From assembly GCA_005788145.1 (NCBI GenBank), contig SXYY01000127.1, forward strand, positions 1 to 45,654: 45,654 bases of DNA, in the 5' to 3' direction. The position numbers and the translations under genes are program-made. The stretch is from Bacteroidota bacterium. GTDB lineage: Bacteria > Bacteroidota > Bacteroidia > NS11-12g > UBA955. Positions 44,104 through 45,654 of this stretch are shown piece after piece. The notes below the pieces were generated by a model. The model was not told the origin of the DNA, searched no databases, and was given only the letters and a program-made list of their open reading frames with translations. Position 1 is the first letter of the stretch; each line of letters starts with the position of its first letter.

Positions 44104-45654
44104 ATGAAAAAACTCCTATCAACCGTCATTTGCGCCATCTTCCTATCAGGGAGCGCATTGGCACAGGTCACCACGGCTTTCTTGAGCGGTGTTGTGACCA
44201 ATGGAAACACTGCTGTTGAGAACGCAACCATCAAAGCGGTCTTGACAACAACCAACGCATCCTACACAGCAAACTCTCGTTCCGGGGGCGTGTACGACAT
44301 CTCTAACTTAAATGCCGGTGGGCCATACACCGTTAGCATTTCTGCACCTGGCATGAAGGACATCGTATTTACCGATGTATTCTTGACATTGGGTGAAAAC
44401 TTCAAACTAGACGCCGACTTCACCACCGAGAAAATTGGTGGCGTGGTTGTGAGTGTTTCTCGTAATGCCACCAAAACCGGTAGCAACCTGAACATCAACA
44501 GTCGTACCTTGAACACCCTGCCTACCATCTCTCGTTCTATCAACGACTTCACCCGCTTAACTCCCCAAGCCGGTAGCGGTAGCAGTTTCAACGGTCGCGA
44601 CGGTCGTTTCAACAACATCACCATCGACGGTGCCAACTTCAACAACAACTTTGGTTTGAGCGATAAAAACTTGCCTGGTGGCGATGCACAGCCCATTTCT
44701 CTCGATGCGATCGAAGCCGTTCAAGTGAACATCTCTCCTTTCGATGTGCGCCAATCAAACTTCACCGGTGCCGGTATTAACGCCATTACCAAGAGCGGCT
44801 CAAATACCACAACCGCATCCGTTTACACTTTGATGCGCAACGAATCTTTCAACGGCACCAAAGTAGATACTTTTGATTTGGGTGAGCAAAAGAAAACCTC
44901 TTCAAACATCTTAGGCTTTCGCCTAGGCGGCGCCTTGGTAAAAGACAAGATTTTCTACTTCGTCAACTACGAAAACGAAAAAACATCACTTCCGGGACTG
45001 CAGTGGAAAGCTTCTCGTCCAGGCACAGGCCAAAGTGCTTCTGATCCAAATTTGTCGCGCACATTGGCGTCGGACTTGGATTTGGTTCGCACCCATTTGA
45101 AAGAAAAATACGGTTACGAAACCGGCGACTACGAAAACTTGGGCAATTTCAATACTGCCAACCAAAAATTCTTGGCGCGCTTAGATTGGAACATTTCTGA
45201 AAAGCACAAATTCAGTTTGCGTTACAATTCAGTGCACAATACAAACGACCAAGTATTGAACGGCACGTCTGCCCCTAACCCACGTTCTTCTTCAAACCGT
45301 TGGTCGAACAACTCGATGAGCTTTGCCAATTCAAACTACTCTTTCGACAATAAAGTATGGTCAGTAGCTGGGGAATTGAAGAGCAACCTCAGCAAAAAGG
45401 TAAGCAATCAATTGTTGTTGACCTACACAAGCATCACCGATGCCCGTGGAACCAACAGTACTCCTTTCCCCTTCGTGGATATCAAAAAAGGTGGCGACAA
45501 CTACATCAGCTTCGGCTATGAGTTATTCAGCTACAACAACAAAGTAAATAACAACACATTGTCGTTCATCGACAACATCACTTACAACCTAAACAAACAC
45601 ACCATCACCGCGGGTGTAGCATACGATCAAATGTATGTGGGTAACGCTTTCCAA
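44104..45654 (+). CDS. TonB-dependent receptor with N-terminal carboxypeptidase-regulatory-like domain (Oar-like); 5' part only, continues past the right edge
   Basis: Not in the ORF track because there is no stop. My translation from ATG 44104 is MKKLLSTVICAIFLSGSALAQVTTAFLSGVVTNGNTAVENATIKAVLTTTNASYTANSRSGGVYDISNLNAGGPYTVSISAPGMKD...SRSINDFTRLTPQAGSGSSFNGRDGRFNNITIDGANFNNNFGL...ISLDAIEAVQVNISPFDVRQSNFTGAGINAITKSG... This gives 517 codons, in frame to the window end. Confidence 0.8.
   Translation, partial: MKKLLSTVICAIFLSGSALAQVTTAFLSGVVTNGNTAVENATIKAVLTTTNASYTANSRSGGVYDISNLNAGGPYTVSISAPGMKDIVFTDVFLTLGENFKLDADFTTEKIGGVVVSVSRNATKTGSNLNINSRTLNTLPTISRSINDFTRLTPQAGSGSSFNGRDGRFNNITIDGANFNNNFGLSDKNLPGGDAQPISLDAIEAVQVNISPFDVRQSNFTGAGINAITKSGSNTTTASVYTLMRNESFNGTKVDTFDLGEQKKTSSNILGFRLGGALVKDKIFYFVNYENEKTSLPGLQWKASRPGTGQSASDPNLSRTLASDLDLVRTHLKEKYGYETGDYENLGNFNTANQKFLARLDWNISEKHKFSLRYNSVHNTNDQVLNGTSAPNPRSSSNRWSNNSMSFANSNYSFDNKVWSVAGELKSNLSKKVSNQLLLTYTSITDARGTNSTPFPFVDIKKGGDNYISFGYELFSYNNKVNNNTLSFIDNITYNLNKHTITAGVAYDQMYVGNAFQ

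Noticed and set aside
1-45654. Search for CRISPR arrays, tRNA/rRNA genes, transposases, integrases, phage genes and toxin-antitoxin or defence modules.
   Set aside because: I saw no spaced direct-repeat array and no T-arm-like GGTTCGAAT context outside coding sequence. One GGATTCGAAAG lies inside radA. No ORF has recombinase, transposase or nuclease-defence motifs. This was a visual scan only, so small ncRNAs could be missed.

Overview
Bacteroidota-type chromosomal segment. The evidence for the phylum is SusC/SusD genes, a T9SS C-terminal sorting domain, TAnnTTTG promoter boxes and the absence of Shine-Dalgarno sites. Positions 1-24.2 kb are ordinary housekeeping DNA: a partial fadD-like gene, a NifU-like gene, radA, a crtZ-crtI-crtB carotenoid operon, murB, truB, a TlpA-like thioredoxin, an orphan OmpR-type response regulator, pabB, uvrC, murI, two skp/ompH genes, a LuxE-like ligase, an MMPL/RND exporter, rpsF-rpsR-rplI and rpmH-rnpA-yidD. 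rpmH is too short for the ORF track and I found it by hand. From about 24.8 kb to the right edge the character changes to what I read as a roughly 21-kb phosphorus-scavenging island. It contains a phosphonatase-like (PhnX-like) HAD hydrolase and a divergent five-gene, visibly AT-richer cassette: a Ddl-like ATP-grasp ligase, a catalytically degenerate HAD paralogue, a PHP phosphoesterase, a 12-TM permease and a DAO-family FAD oxidoreductase. A PhnZ-like HD-domain oxygenase, a SusC/SusD pair and a TonB-dependent receptor follow. That receptor is translationally coupled to two tandem beta-propeller+phosphoesterase (PLC/AcpA family) fusion proteins. A partial Oar-like TonB receptor sits at the right edge. 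No glycoside hydrolases, PhnW, PhnY, C-P lyase, PhnCDE or PepM are present. The most interesting candidate is this non-glycan SusCD locus, especially the ATP-grasp / dead-HAD / PHP trio, which fits no phosphonate pathway I know. I saw no CRISPR array, tRNA/rRNA gene, transposase or integrase. All family assignments come from motif recognition by eye and need HMM or BLAST confirmation.
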